Below are positions 28,810 through 38,772 of a stretch of DNA of 58,824 nt, in pieces. The translations under genes were made by a program, and so were the position numbers. The notes beneath the pieces are model-generated. The model saw nothing but the letters and a program-made list of their open reading frames with translations, ran no database searches and was not told the origin of the DNA. The first letter of the stretch is position 1; every line of letters begins with the position of its first letter. Source of the DNA: Telluria sp. (lineage in GTDB: Bacteria; Pseudomonadota; Gammaproteobacteria; Burkholderiales; Burkholderiaceae_D); the NCBI GenBank assembly GCA_036405115.1, contig DASWYE010000055.1, positions 1 through 58,824 on the forward strand, written 5' to 3'.

Positions 28810-28838
28810 GGGGTCAGTCGCCTGCGGCAACAGACCCC
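28810..28838. repeat. GGGGTC...GACCCC palindromic element overlapping the xapR 3' end
   Basis: GGGGTCAGTCGCC-TGC-GGCAACAGACCCC; related to the copies at 55175-55419. Confidence 0.6.
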
Positions 28839-29755
28839 ATCACCGGTAGCTGGGGCGCCTGCGGATGCAGGATGTTGAGGAAGGCGCGCACCACCGGCGC
28901 GTCATCCAGCGCGGCGTAGCAGATGTACAGGTTGGCCGACGGCGGATTGGTTTTGATCTGCAGGAAGGTCACGCCCGGCCAGCCGATCCGGCTGGTGGTC
29001 TCGGGCATCAGCGCCACGCCCAGGCCCGCACCCACCATCGCCAGCAGCGTCTGCGGCTCGGTCGCTTCCTGGAACACGCTCGGCTGGAAGCCGGCCTTGA
29101 CGCAGCAGTCGAGCAGGTAGCGCGGCTCGGCCGCCGACTTGTCCAGCGTGAGCGTGAGCATCGGCTCGTTGGCAATGTCGATCAGCTCGATGCCGCTGCG
29201 TTCGGCCAGCGGATGGCGCGAGTTCACCGCCACGCATACGTTCTCGCGGAAGCACAGTTCCTGGCGCAGGTTGTCGCGCTTGAGTTCTTCTTCGTCCAGT
29301 TTCGGCTCGCGCCAGAAGCCGACATCGATCTGCTTGGCCCGCAGCGCTTCGTATTGCGAAGTCGGCGAGGACTCGTGCAGGGTCCACGTCACCTGCGGGA
29401 ACTTGGTCTGGAATTCTTCCAGCATGCCCGGAATCGGGCCCCACATCGCGGAGCCGACAATCCCCACGCGCAGGCGGCCCACTTCGCCGCGGTCGATCTG
29501 GCGGATGGTGTCGATGGTCATGCGCATGCGGGCCAGGATATCGGCCGCTTCGGTCATCAGCGCCTTGCCGGCCGCGGTCAGCTCGAAGGTGCGGGTGGTG
29601 CGCGCGAACAGGCGCACGCCCAGTTCCGCTTCCAGCTTCATGATCTGCTGCGACAGCGGCGGCTGCGAGATGTGCAGCTTTTCGGCGGCGCGGCTGAAGC
29701 TCTTTTCCTCCGCGACGGCGAGGAAGTATTTCAGTTGTTTGAGGTCGATCGACAT
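28814..29755 (-). CDS. xapR: LysR-family regulator, XapR-like
   Basis: LysR HTH (YFLAVAEE...SQPPLS). GIVGSAMWG, EPQTLLAMV and WPGV are XapR-like, and the gene is linked to xapA. Confidence 0.8.
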   Translation of the reverse strand: MSIDLKQLKYFLAVAEEKSFSRAAEKLHISQPPLSQQIMKLEAELGVRLFARTTRTFELTAAGKALMTEAADILARMRMTIDTIRQIDRGEVGRLRVGIVGSAMWGPIPGMLEEFQTKFPQVTWTLHESSPTSQYEALRAKQIDVGFWREPKLDEEELKRDNLRQELCFRENVCVAVNSRHPLAERSGIELIDIANEPMLTLTLDKSAAEPRYLLDCCVKAGFQPSVFQEATEPQTLLAMVGAGLGVALMPETTSRIGWPGVTFLQIKTNPPSANLYICYAALDDAPVVRAFLNILHPQAPQLPVMGSVAAGD

Positions 29756-29759
29756 GGCG

Positions 29760-30689
29760 TCAGACGGGCTGCTTGCCGGGGATCTGGTGCAGCGCGACGG
29801 CGAGCTGCGCGCCGACGGTCGCGTTGTGCTTCACCAGCGCGATGTTGGTGGCCAGGCTGCGGCCCTCTGTCAGTTCCTTGATGCGCGACAGCAGGAACGG
29901 CGTCACGGCCTTGCCGGTGACGCCCTGGTCGCCCGCTTCGCGCAGCGCCTGTTCGGTGATGCGGTCGATCTCTTCCTTCGGCATGGCGAATGCTTGCGGC
30001 ACCGGGTTGGCCACCACCACGCCGCCGTGCAGGCCGAGCTGCCATTTGGTGTGGATGAAGCTGGCCTGCTCCAGCGCCGTGTCGAGCTGGAAGTCGGCCT
30101 TGAACCCGCTGTCGCGGGTGAAGAACGCCGGGAAGCCCGGCTGGCCTACGCTCGCAACCGGCACGCCCAGCGTCTCCAGGTATTCCAGCGTAAGGCCGAT
30201 GTCGAGGATCGATTTGACGCCCGCGCACACCACGGCGACGTCGGTCCTGGCCAGTTCCTGCAGGTCGGCCGAAATGTCGAAGCTGGTTTCCGCGCCGCGG
30301 TGCACGCCGCCGATGCCGCCCGTGACGAACACGGAGATCCCCGCCATGCGCGCGCAGATCATGGTGGCGGCCACGGTGGTGGCGCCGACCAGGCGCTTGG
30401 AGAGCACGTAGGCCATGTCGCGCCGGCTCACCTTGATCGCGTGCGGCGAGGTGCCGAGCAGTTCCAGCTGGGCGTCGGACAGGCCGATGCAGACCTTGCC
30501 GTCCAGGAGGGCGATGGTGGCCGGCACGGCGCCGTTGTCGCGGATGACCTGCTCGACCTCTTTCGCGGTCTGCACGTTCTGCGGGTAGGGCATGCCGTGC
30601 GAAATGATGGTCGACTCGAGCGCGACCACCGGTTTGCCGGCGGCGCGTGCGCTTGCCACTTCGGGCGAGAGGAGGAGGTACTGTTGCAT
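29760..30689 (-). CDS. psuG: Pseudouridine-5'-phosphate glycosidase
   Basis: [39 protein letters not shown] and GKAVTPFLL; AAGGA RBS before ATG 30689. Confidence 0.96.
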   Translation of the reverse strand: MQQYLLLSPEVASARAAGKPVVALESTIISHGMPYPQNVQTAKEVEQVIRDNGAVPATIALLDGKVCIGLSDAQLELLGTSPHAIKVSRRDMAYVLSKRLVGATTVAATMICARMAGISVFVTGGIGGVHRGAETSFDISADLQELARTDVAVVCAGVKSILDIGLTLEYLETLGVPVASVGQPGFPAFFTRDSGFKADFQLDTALEQASFIHTKWQLGLHGGVVVANPVPQAFAMPKEEIDRITEQALREAGDQGVTGKAVTPFLLSRIKELTEGRSLATNIALVKHNATVGAQLAVALHQIPGKQPV

Positions 30690-30721
30690 GATCAATCCTT
30701 ATGTTCTTCAGTTAGCTATCC

Positions 30722-30802
30722 CGTCATTCCCGCGAACGCGGGAACCCATACCGAGCGTCTAACGCCAACTCAGCATGGGTCCCCGCGTTCGCGGGGATGA
30801 CG
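30722..30802. repeat. CGTC-type REP inverted dimer encoding the PsuK C-terminus
   Basis: CGTCATTCCCGCGAACGCGGGAACCCATACCGA...TCAGCATGGGTCCCCGCGTTCGCGGGGATGACG. Confidence 0.92.
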
Positions 30803-31671
30803 GTGGAGCGCGATGCGACCGTACGGGCGGCGAGGTACATCCCGCGCCGGCATGCGAGTCGCAGATCATCGGGGTCCTTCAGCAGCGACCAGCACGCGGC
30901 CGCCGAGAATGCATCGCCGGCTCCGGTCACGTCCACCACTTCGGCCGGCACAACGTCCAGGTGCTCAATGCCGCCGGGCGTCGTGTACGACACGCCCGCG
31001 CTGCCGCTGGTGACGATGATGTCCCGCACGCCTTGAGCCTGCACCTCGCGGCACGCGTCCAGCAGCGCCGCGTCGCTATCGACTTGCCTGCCGACCCTGG
31101 CTTGCAGTTCGCCGCGGTTCAGGATCAGCAGGCGCAGGCCGCTGAGGTCAGCCGGCAGCCGCGCCATCTTCGGTTCCGACACGGCCACCACGACCAGCGG
31201 CTGCACTGTCCTTACCAGGGCCGAGACGGTCTCCAATGGCAGGTTCAGGTCCGCGACGGTGAGCGCGGCCGGGCCGGAAAGCCCAGCCGCCACGCGCTCC
31301 GGCGTTAGCTGTTCGTACAGCTCCATGTCCGCCAGCGCGAGCACCATGTCGCCGCGCTGGTCAAGGACGGCGGTGTAGGTACCGGATGCCTGGCCCTCGA
31401 AGACGAGCGCGCTGCCGGTGTCGATCCCCGCCACCTGCGCATGGGCGAGCAGCGCCTGGCCGCCGGAATCCCGGCCGACCGCAGTGAGCAGGGCGACCCC
31501 GGCGCCGAGATGCGCCAGGTTCTCCGCCACGTTGCGCGCCACCCCGCCAAACGACTCGTGCTGGCGCGCGGGATTCGAGGTCCCCATGCGCAGCGGTCCT
31601 TTGGCGGTCAGTTTGCGGTCAATGTTGGCGGCCCCGATGCACAGCACGCGACCGGTTGTTGCGAGCGTCAT
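30724..31671 (-). CDS. psuK: Pseudouridine kinase (PfkB family)
   Basis: IGAANID, SNP, GGVARNVAENL, VSEPK and DVTGAGDAF; lies directly upstream of psuG. Confidence 0.88.
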   Translation of the reverse strand: MTLATTGRVLCIGAANIDRKLTAKGPLRMGTSNPARQHESFGGVARNVAENLAHLGAGVALLTAVGRDSGGQALLAHAQVAGIDTGSALVFEGQASGTYTAVLDQRGDMVLALADMELYEQLTPERVAAGLSGPAALTVADLNLPLETVSALVRTVQPLVVVAVSEPKMARLPADLSGLRLLILNRGELQARVGRQVDSDAALLDACREVQAQGVRDIIVTSGSAGVSYTTPGGIEHLDVVPAEVVDVTGAGDAFSAAACWSLLKDPDDLRLACRRGMYLAARTVASRSTVIPANAGTHAELALDARYGFPRSRE

Positions 31672-31690
31672 GTCGCCTTTCAGTATCAAA

Positions 31691-31710
31691 AGTCAACCAA
31701 ATAGTTGACT
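31691..31710. promoter_or_regulatory. Perfect inverted repeat upstream of psuK
   Basis: AGTCAAC-caaata-GTTGACT, 20 bp upstream of the psuK ATG. Confidence 0.45.
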
Positions 31711-31775
31711 ACCCATCTGTTATTGCTTGATAAGCGCAACAATACGCTCATTTATAGTGTTTGGCTATAAATCAG

Positions 31776-31826
31776 CTGCCAAAAAGGTATTTGCCCTACG
31801 TAGGAGGGGTGGGGCATAGTTATAAT
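31776..31826 (+). promoter_or_regulatory. Candidate activator-dependent xapA promoter
   Basis: Perfect TATAAT (31821-31826) with no consensus -35 at 17 bp. A T-N11-A LysR-type box (TGCCAAAAAGGTA, 31777-31789) lies upstream. Confidence 0.45.
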
Positions 31827-31904
31827 GGTGAGTTACGCTCAGCGCGGCAGCAGCCGCGTTCGCCTGTCCCCGCATTCCAAGATCACGAAAACCTGAGGAA
31901 CAAG

Positions 31905-32744
31905 ATGTCCAACAATACCCCCTTTGAAGCCGCCGAGATCATCAAGGCACGCGCTCCGGGCTTCCAGCCCCGCGTTGCCATGATCCTGGGTTCGGGCCTG
32001 GGCGTGCTCGCCGAGCAGATGCTTGACGCCGTCACGATCGGCTTCGATGAACTGCCAGGCTTCCCGATCAGCACCGTGCACGGCCACGCCGGCCAGCTGG
32101 TGCTCGGCACGCTGGCGGGCGTGCAGGTCGCCTGCATGAAGGGGCGCGGCCACTTCTACGAAGGCTACGGCCCGACCGTGATGACCAGCGCGATCCGCAC
32201 CCTCAAGCTGATCGGCTGCGAACTGCTGTTCGTGACCAATGCCGCCGGCTCGCTGCGCGCCGAAGTGGACGCCGGCTCGCTGGTGGCGATCTCCGACCAC
32301 ATCAACTTCCTGCCGGGTACCCCGATGATCGGCCCGAACGACGAGCGTTTCGGCCCGCGCTTCTTCAGCATGGCCAACGCCTATGACGCCGACACCCGCA
32401 ATTCGATCAAGGCGGTCGCTTCCGAAAACGGTATCGTGCTGCATGAAGGCGTGTTCATCGCCGTGCCCGGCCCGAACTTCGAGACCGCCGCCGAAATCCG
32501 CGCCTACAAGACGCTGGGCGCCGACACGGTCGGCATGTCGGTGGTGCCGGAAGTGATCTCGGCCCGCCACTGCGGCCTGAAAGTGACCGGCGTATCGGTC
32601 ATCACCAACCTGGCCGAAGGCATGTCGCCGTTCGCGCTGTCGCACGAGCAGACGCTGAAGTACGCGGCAATCGGCGCCGAGTCGCTGGTCAAGCTGATCC
32701 TGGCCTTCCTCGCGCGCTTCGCCGAGACCCCGCGCCAGGTATAA
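31905..32744 (+). CDS. xapA: Purine nucleoside phosphorylase II (xanthosine phosphorylase type)
   Basis: ILGSGLG, STVHGHAG, KGRGHFYEG, TNAAGSL, GPNFETAAE, GMSVVPE and ITNLAEG; closely follows E. coli XapA as I recall it. Confidence 0.9.
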   Translation: MSNNTPFEAAEIIKARAPGFQPRVAMILGSGLGVLAEQMLDAVTIGFDELPGFPISTVHGHAGQLVLGTLAGVQVACMKGRGHFYEGYGPTVMTSAIRTLKLIGCELLFVTNAAGSLRAEVDAGSLVAISDHINFLPGTPMIGPNDERFGPRFFSMANAYDADTRNSIKAVASENGIVLHEGVFIAVPGPNFETAAEIRAYKTLGADTVGMSVVPEVISARHCGLKVTGVSVITNLAEGMSPFALSHEQTLKYAAIGAESLVKLILAFLARFAETPRQV

Positions 32745-32760
32745 ACCAAGGAGGCATCAC

Positions 32761-33954
32761 ATGTCCCGCGCATTCATCCTGCTCCTCGACTCGTTCGGCC
32801 TGGGCGCGCTGCCCGACGCCGGCAAGTACGGGGACACCGGCGCCAACACCTTTGGCCACATCGCCAGCTGGGCGGCCAAATCGGGCAAACCGATGGACTT
32901 GCCGAACCTCGAAAAGCTCGGCCTCGCCGCCGCCGCCCACCTGGCCAGCAACGAGTGGGCCGAAGGCTTTGCGCTGCGCGACGGCTTCACCGGCGCCTAC
33001 GGCGCGGCCCGCGAACAGTCCACCGGCAAGGACACGCAGTCCGGCCACTGGGAGATCGCCGGCGTGCCGGTGCTGTTCGACTGGGGCTACTTTCCGAAAG
33101 AGGCGCCGTCGTTCCCGCGCGAGCTGACCGACGCAATGCAGGCGCAGTCCGGCGTGCCGGGCTTCATCGGCAACTGCCACGCATCGGGCACCGAGATCAT
33201 CAACAAGCTGGGTGACGAGCACGTCGCGACCGGCAAGCCGATCCTGTACACCTCCGCCGACTCGGTGCTGCAGATCGCCGCGCACGAAGAGCACTTTGGC
33301 CTCGACAAGCTGTATGCGCTGTGCGAGATCGCGTATGAGCTGGTCAAGCCGTACAACATCGGCCGCGTGATCGCGCGCCCGTTCACGGGCTCGAACGGCG
33401 ACTACAAGCGCACCTCGAACCGCCACGACTACGCGGTGCCGCCGCCGGCGCCGACCCTGCTCGACCACGTCAAGGACGCGGGCGGCGAGGTGATCGCGCT
33501 CGGCAAGATCAGTGACATCTTTGCGGGCAGCGGCGTCACGCAGCTGATCAAGGGCGCCGACAACATGGCGTTGTTCGACCAGCTGGTCAAGGTCGCGGGT
33601 AGCGCGCCGGACAAGTCGCTCACCTTCGTCAACTTCGTCGACTTCGACATGCACTTCGGCCACCGCCGCGACATCGCCGGCTACTCGAACGCGCTGCACG
33701 AACTGGACGCGCGCCTGCCTGCCTTCATGGCGCAGCTGAAGGAGGGCGACCTGTGCGTGATCACGGCCGACCACGGATGCGATCCGAGCTGGCCGGGCTC
33801 CGACCACACGCGCGAGCACATCCCGATGATCTTCTTCGGCCCCGGCCTCCAGGGCCGCGCGCTCGGCATCTCCGACACCTTCTCCGACATCGGCGCTACG
33901 CTGGCCAAGCACCTCGGCGTCAAACCACTTTCCAACGGAACCAGCCTGTTATGA
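32761..33954 (+). CDS. deoB: Phosphopentomutase
   Basis: LLDSFGLG, GKDTQSGHWE, YTSADSVLQ, GRVIARPF, FGHRRD, TADHGCDP and DHTRE. Confidence 0.97.
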   Translation: MSRAFILLLDSFGLGALPDAGKYGDTGANTFGHIASWAAKSGKPMDLPNLEKLGLAAAAHLASNEWAEGFALRDGFTGAYGAAREQSTGKDTQSGHWEIAGVPVLFDWGYFPKEAPSFPRELTDAMQAQSGVPGFIGNCHASGTEIINKLGDEHVATGKPILYTSADSVLQIAAHEEHFGLDKLYALCEIAYELVKPYNIGRVIARPFTGSNGDYKRTSNRHDYAVPPPAPTLLDHVKDAGGEVIALGKISDIFAGSGVTQLIKGADNMALFDQLVKVAGSAPDKSLTFVNFVDFDMHFGHRRDIAGYSNALHELDARLPAFMAQLKEGDLCVITADHGCDPSWPGSDHTREHIPMIFFGPGLQGRALGISDTFSDIGATLAKHLGVKPLSNGTSLL

Positions 33955-34910
33955 CTTCCCCAATCGATTTCAAACGTACCGAGGCAGTAGGCCTCGATCT
34001 TGGCTGGGTCAACCAGATCAAGGTCAACCGCAATGCCGCAGACCGCCGCGCCGCCAGCCTGGCCGCGCGCCGCACCGTCAAGAAGGAATACCAGGCGGCG
34101 TGGCTGATCAAGGCGATCCAGTGCATCGACCTGACCACCCTCGGCGGCGACGACACCCCCGGCCGCGTCGAGCGCCTGTGCATGAAGGCCATGCGCCCGC
34201 TGCGTCCGGACCTGCTGCAGGCACTGGGCCTGGACCAGCCGCTGACCACCGGCGCCGTCTGCGTGTACCACGAGATGATCGCACCGGCCGTCAAGGTGCT
34301 GAACGGCCGCCTGCCGATCGCCGCGGTATCGACCGCGTTCCCGGCCGGCCTGTCCAGCCATGAGACCAAGATGCGCGAGATCGAACTGTCGGTTGCCGCC
34401 GGCGCCACAGAGATCGATATCGTCATCACCCGCAAGCACGTCCTGACCGGCGACTGGCAGGCGCTGTACAACGAGATGGCCGACTACCGCCGTGCCTGCG
34501 GCGACGCGCACGTCAAGGCGATCCTCGCGACCGGCGACCTGGTCACGCTGGAGAACGTGGCCAAGGCATCGTGGGTCTGCATGATGGCGGGCGCCGACTT
34601 CATCAAGACCTCCACCGGCAAGGAAGGCGTCAACGCCACCATCCCGGTCGCGCTGACGATGGTGCGCACCATCCGCGAATTCCACGAGCGTTACGGTTTC
34701 CAGGTCGGCTTCAAGCCGGCCGGCGGCGTATCGAGCGCCAAGGCCGCGCTGCAGTACCTGACCCTGATGAAGGAAGAACTGGGCAACGAGTGGCTGGAGC
34801 CGCACCTGTTCCGCATCGGCGCATCGAGCCTGCTGACCGACATCGAACGCCAGATCGAACACTACGTCACTGGTAACTATTCGGCGGCGCACCGCCACGC
34901 GCAACCTTAA
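33951..34910 (+). CDS. deoC: Deoxyribose-phosphate aldolase (long, animal-DERA-like form)
   Basis: IDLTTL, AVCVY, EIDIVI, AGADFIKTSTGK, GFKPAGG and FRIGASSLL; ATGA overlap with deoB. Confidence 0.95.
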   Translation: MTSPIDFKRTEAVGLDLGWVNQIKVNRNAADRRAASLAARRTVKKEYQAAWLIKAIQCIDLTTLGGDDTPGRVERLCMKAMRPLRPDLLQALGLDQPLTTGAVCVYHEMIAPAVKVLNGRLPIAAVSTAFPAGLSSHETKMREIELSVAAGATEIDIVITRKHVLTGDWQALYNEMADYRRACGDAHVKAILATGDLVTLENVAKASWVCMMAGADFIKTSTGKEGVNATIPVALTMVRTIREFHERYGFQVGFKPAGGVSSAKAALQYLTLMKEELGNEWLEPHLFRIGASSLLTDIERQIEHYVTGNYSAAHRHAQP

Positions 34911-34924
34911 GGAACGACTTCGCC

Positions 34925-37303
34925 ATGCCAACTATTAACGAGATTCTGAAGACTATGGACTTCGGCCCGGCACCGGAAAGCACCAAGGAAACCAACGCGT
35001 GGCTGGACCAGCATGAGCGCCGCTTCGGCCTGTTCATCGACAACGCGTGGACCGCCCCCGGCCAGACCTTCGCCACCAACAATCCTGCCGACGGCAAGGA
35101 GATCGCCCAGGTCACGCAGGCAACCACCGATGACGTGAACCGCGCCGTGGAAGCCGCGCGCCGCGCGCAGCCGGGCTGGGTGGCGCTGGGTGGCCACGGT
35201 CGCGCGCGCATCCTGTACGCGCTGGCTCGCCTGCTGCAAAAGCACTCGCGCCTGTTCGCGGTGCTCGAGACGCTCGACAACGGCAAGACCATCCGCGAAA
35301 TGCGCGATGCCGACCTGCCGCTGGCCGCACGCCACTTCTACCACCACGCAGGCTGGGCGCAGCTGCAGGCCGAAGAGTTCGCGGACTACCGCGCGGTCGG
35401 CGTGGTCGGCCAGATCGTGCCGTGGAACTTCCCGCTGCTGATGCTGGCGTGGAAGATCGCGCCTGCCATGGCGGCCGGTAACACCATCGTCTTCAAGCCG
35501 GCCGAGTTCACGCCGCTGACCGCGCTGCTGTTCGCGGAGATCTGCCAGCAGGCCGGCGTGCCCGCGGGCGTCGTCAACATCGTGACCGGCGACGGCGCGG
35601 TGGGCGAGGCGATCGTCAAGCACCCAGGCATCGACAAGCTGGCCTTCACCGGCTCCACCGACGTGGGCCGCATCATCCGCCGCGAAACGGCAGGCACGGG
35701 CAAGAAGCTGTCGCTGGAACTGGGCGGCAAGTCGCCCTTCATCGTGTTCGAAGACGCGGACCTCGACGCAGCCGTCGAAGGCCTGGTCGATTCGATCTGG
35801 TTCAACCAGGGCCAGGTGTGCTGCGCCGGCTCGCGCCTGCTGGTGCAGGAATCGGTGGAAGAGCGCTTCTACGCCAAGCTGCGCGCGCGCATGGACAACC
35901 TGCGCGTCGGTTCGCCGCTGGACAAGTCGTCCGACATCGGCGCGCTGGTCGATCCGGTCCAGCACCAGCGCATCCACGGCCTGGTGGAAGGTGCACGCGC
36001 CGAAGGCTGCACCATCTATCAACCTGAATGCGTGCTGCCGGCCGATGGCTCGTGGTATCCGCCGACCCTGATCATGGGCGCATCCACCTCGGCCAGCGTG
36101 GCGCAGACCGAAATCTTCGGCCCGGTGCTGGTGGCGATGAGCTTCCGCACCCCGGCCGAAGCGGTGCAGCTCGCGAACAATACCGTGTACGGCCTGGCCG
36201 CATGCGTGTGGTCCGAGTCGATCAGCCTGGCGCTGGACGTGGCGCCGCAGATCAAGGCTGGGGTGGTGTGGATCAATACCGCCAACCAGTTCGACGCGGC
36301 CTGCGGCTTCGGCGGCTACCGCGAATCCGGCTATGGCCGTGAAGGCGGCCGCGAAGGCATGCTGGAATACCTGGTCCCGCTGGCCGAAGACGCGCGCCCT
36401 GCGGCGCCGGTCGCCCCGGTCAAGGGCAAGGTCAAGGAAGCGGAATCCGGCAACCCGTTCGCGATTGACCGCACCGCCAAGCTGTACATTGGCGGCAAGC
36501 AGGCGCGTCCTGACGGCGCCTACTCGCGCGCGATCAACGGCGCTAACGGCGAGTTCCTGGCCGACGTCGGCGAAGGCAACCGCAAGGACATCCGCAACGC
36601 GGTGGAAGCTGCGCACAAGGCGTCCGGCTGGTCCAAGGCCAGCGCGCACAACCGCGCGCAGGTGCTGTACTACATCGCCGAGAACCTGGCGGCGCGCGCG
36701 GACGAATTCGCGGCACGCCTGGGCGCGATGACCGGCGCAAAGAATCCGGAGAAGGAAGTGCAGGCATCGATCGACCGCCTGTTCACCTGGGCCGCGTGGG
36801 CCGACAAGTACGACGGCCTGGCGCACCAGCCGCCGATGCATGGCATCACCGTCGCGCTGAACGAGCCAGTGGGCGTGGTTGGCATCGTGTGCCCGAACGA
36901 GGCGCCGCTGCTCGGCTTCATCTCGCTGGTGGCGCCTGCGCTGGCAGTGGGCAACCGCGTGGTCGCGGTGCCGTCGGAAGCGTTCCCGCTGTCGGCGACC
37001 GACCTGTACCAGGTGCTGGATACGTCCGACCTGCCGGGCGGCGCCCTGAACATCGTCACCGGTTCCGCGGACGAACTGGCGAAGACGCTGGCATCGCACT
37101 CGGACGTGGACGCTGTGTGGCGCCACGACGGCTCGGCCGAGGGCTGCGCCGAAGTCGAGCGCCTGTCGGCATCGTCGCTCAAGCGCACCTGGACCAGCGG
37201 CGGCCGTGGCCGCGACTGGTACAGCGACAAGCAGTCGGCTGGCCGCGCCGTCCTGTACCACGCGACGCAAGTCAAAAACGTCTGGATCCCCTACGGCGTT
37301 TAA
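34925..37303 (+). CDS. ALDH16-type extended aldehyde dehydrogenase (probably oxidises acetaldehyde from DeoC)
   Basis: The N-terminal ALDH is complete (PWNFP, FTGST, LELGGKSP, GQVCCAG, EIFGP) and is followed by a second Rossmann-like ALDH half with no catalytic domain; 792 aa. Confidence 0.9.
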   Translation: MPTINEILKTMDFGPAPESTKETNAWLDQHERRFGLFIDNAWTAPGQTFATNNPADGKEIAQVTQATTDDVNRAVEAARRAQPGWVALGGHGRARILYALARLLQKHSRLFAVLETLDNGKTIREMRDADLPLAARHFYHHAGWAQLQAEEFADYRAVGVVGQIVPWNFPLLMLAWKIAPAMAAGNTIVFKPAEFTPLTALLFAEICQQAGVPAGVVNIVTGDGAVGEAIVKHPGIDKLAFTGSTDVGRIIRRETAGTGKKLSLELGGKSPFIVFEDADLDAAVEGLVDSIWFNQGQVCCAGSRLLVQESVEERFYAKLRARMDNLRVGSPLDKSSDIGALVDPVQHQRIHGLVEGARAEGCTIYQPECVLPADGSWYPPTLIMGASTSASVAQTEIFGPVLVAMSFRTPAEAVQLANNTVYGLAACVWSESISLALDVAPQIKAGVVWINTANQFDAACGFGGYRESGYGREGGREGMLEYLVPLAEDARPAAPVAPVKGKVKEAESGNPFAIDRTAKLYIGGKQARPDGAYSRAINGANGEFLADVGEGNRKDIRNAVEAAHKASGWSKASAHNRAQVLYYIAENLAARADEFAARLGAMTGAKNPEKEVQASIDRLFTWAAWADKYDGLAHQPPMHGITVALNEPVGVVGIVCPNEAPLLGFISLVAPALAVGNRVVAVPSEAFPLSATDLYQVLDTSDLPGGALNIVTGSADELAKTLASHSDVDAVWRHDGSAEGCAEVERLSASSLKRTWTSGGRGRDWYSDKQSAGRAVLYHATQVKNVWIPYGV

Positions 37304-37310
37304 TAGCCGT

Positions 37311-37405
37311 CGTCATCCCCGCGGACGCGGGGACCCCTACTGAGCCTCTTTAGCCGATTCAGCATGGGTCCCCGCGGAGGGGGCCGCCATCGGCCGGGGA
37401 TGACG
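37311..37405. repeat. CGTC-type REP inverted dimer; right arm has an expanded loop
   Basis: CGTCATCCCCGCGGACGCGGGGACCCCTACTGA...TCAGCATGGGTCCCCG-[cggagggggccgccatcggc]-CGGGGATGACG. Confidence 0.88.
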
Positions 37406-37435
37406 TCTTATTTGCATAGATTACGAAAGCAGCAA

Positions 37436-38761
37436 ATGTCCTTTCTTCCCCAGGAAATCATCCGAAGAAAACGCGACGGTTACGCCCTGAGTGCCGAGGA
37501 AATCCAGTTCTTCGTGCGCGGCATCACCGATAACTCCGTGAGCGAAGGCCAGATCGCCGCGTTCGCCATGGCCGTCTATTTCAAGGACATGAACATGGAC
37601 GAACGCGTCGCCTTCACGCTGGCGATGCGCGACTCCGGCCAGGTCATGGAATGGGGCTCGCTGAACCTGCCCGGCCCGGTGGTGGACAAGCACTCCACCG
37701 GCGGCGTCGGCGACGTGGTCAGCCTGATGCTCGGCCCGATGATCGCCGCCTGCGGCGGCTACGTGCCGATGATCTCCGGCCGTGGCCTCGGCCACACCGG
37801 CGGCACGCTCGACAAGTTCGATTCGATCCCGGGCTATTGCACCGTCCCCGATCCAGAGCTGTTCCGCAAGGTGGTCAAGGACGTCGGCGTGGCCATCATC
37901 GGCCAGACCGCGCAACTGGCGCCATCCGACAAGCGCTTCTACAGCATCCGCGACGTCACCGCGACGGTGGAATCGGTGGCCATGATCACCGGCTCGATCC
38001 TGTCGAAGAAGCTGTCGGCGGGCCTGGATGCCCTGGTGATGGACGTGAAGGTCGGCTCTGGCGCCTTCATGCCAACCTATGAAAAGTCGGTGGAACTGGC
38101 CGAGAGCATCGTCGCCGTCGGCAATGGCGCGGGCACGAAGACCTCCGCGCTGCTGACCGAGATGAACGAGTCGCTCGGCCCCGTGGCCGGCAACGCGCTG
38201 GAAGTGCGCCTGGCGATCGACTACCTGACCGGCCGCTCGCGTCCTGCGCGCCTGCACGAGGTCACGATGGCGCTGTGCGCTGAAATGCTGGTCATCTCGG
38301 GCATCGAGAAGGATGACGCATCCGCGCGCGCACGCCTGCAGGCCGCGCTCGATTCGGGCGAAGCCCTGGACCGCTTCGCGAAGATGGTCGCGGCACTGGG
38401 TGGCCCGGCCGACCTGGTCGAGTCCACCGACAAGTACCTGGAGAGCGCGCCGGTCGTGGTGGCCGTGCCTGCGCCGCGCGCGGGCTTCGTCTCGTCGGTC
38501 GACACGCGTGGCCTCGGCCTCGCCGTGGTCAGCCTTGGAGGCGGCCGTCGCCGTCCGTCCGATGCGATCGACTTCGCGGTCGGCCTGACCGGCCTCGTCG
38601 AACTGGGCGACAGCATCAGCGCCGGCCAGCCTCTGGCGATGGTGCATGCACGCACGCAGGAAGCGGCCGCGCAAGCGGTGCGCGAAGTGCAGGCGGCATA
38701 CACGCTGGGCGACGCGAAGCCTGCGCCGAATCCGGTCATCTACCGAACCATCCGCCCTTGA
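37436..38761 (+). CDS. deoA: Thymidine phosphorylase
   Basis: [45 protein letters not shown] and SILSKK. Confidence 0.96.
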   Translation: MSFLPQEIIRRKRDGYALSAEEIQFFVRGITDNSVSEGQIAAFAMAVYFKDMNMDERVAFTLAMRDSGQVMEWGSLNLPGPVVDKHSTGGVGDVVSLMLGPMIAACGGYVPMISGRGLGHTGGTLDKFDSIPGYCTVPDPELFRKVVKDVGVAIIGQTAQLAPSDKRFYSIRDVTATVESVAMITGSILSKKLSAGLDALVMDVKVGSGAFMPTYEKSVELAESIVAVGNGAGTKTSALLTEMNESLGPVAGNALEVRLAIDYLTGRSRPARLHEVTMALCAEMLVISGIEKDDASARARLQAALDSGEALDRFAKMVAALGGPADLVESTDKYLESAPVVVAVPAPRAGFVSSVDTRGLGLAVVSLGGGRRRPSDAIDFAVGLTGLVELGDSISAGQPLAMVHARTQEAAAQAVREVQAAYTLGDAKPAPNPVIYRTIRP

Positions 38762-38772
38762 GGGAACGCGCA

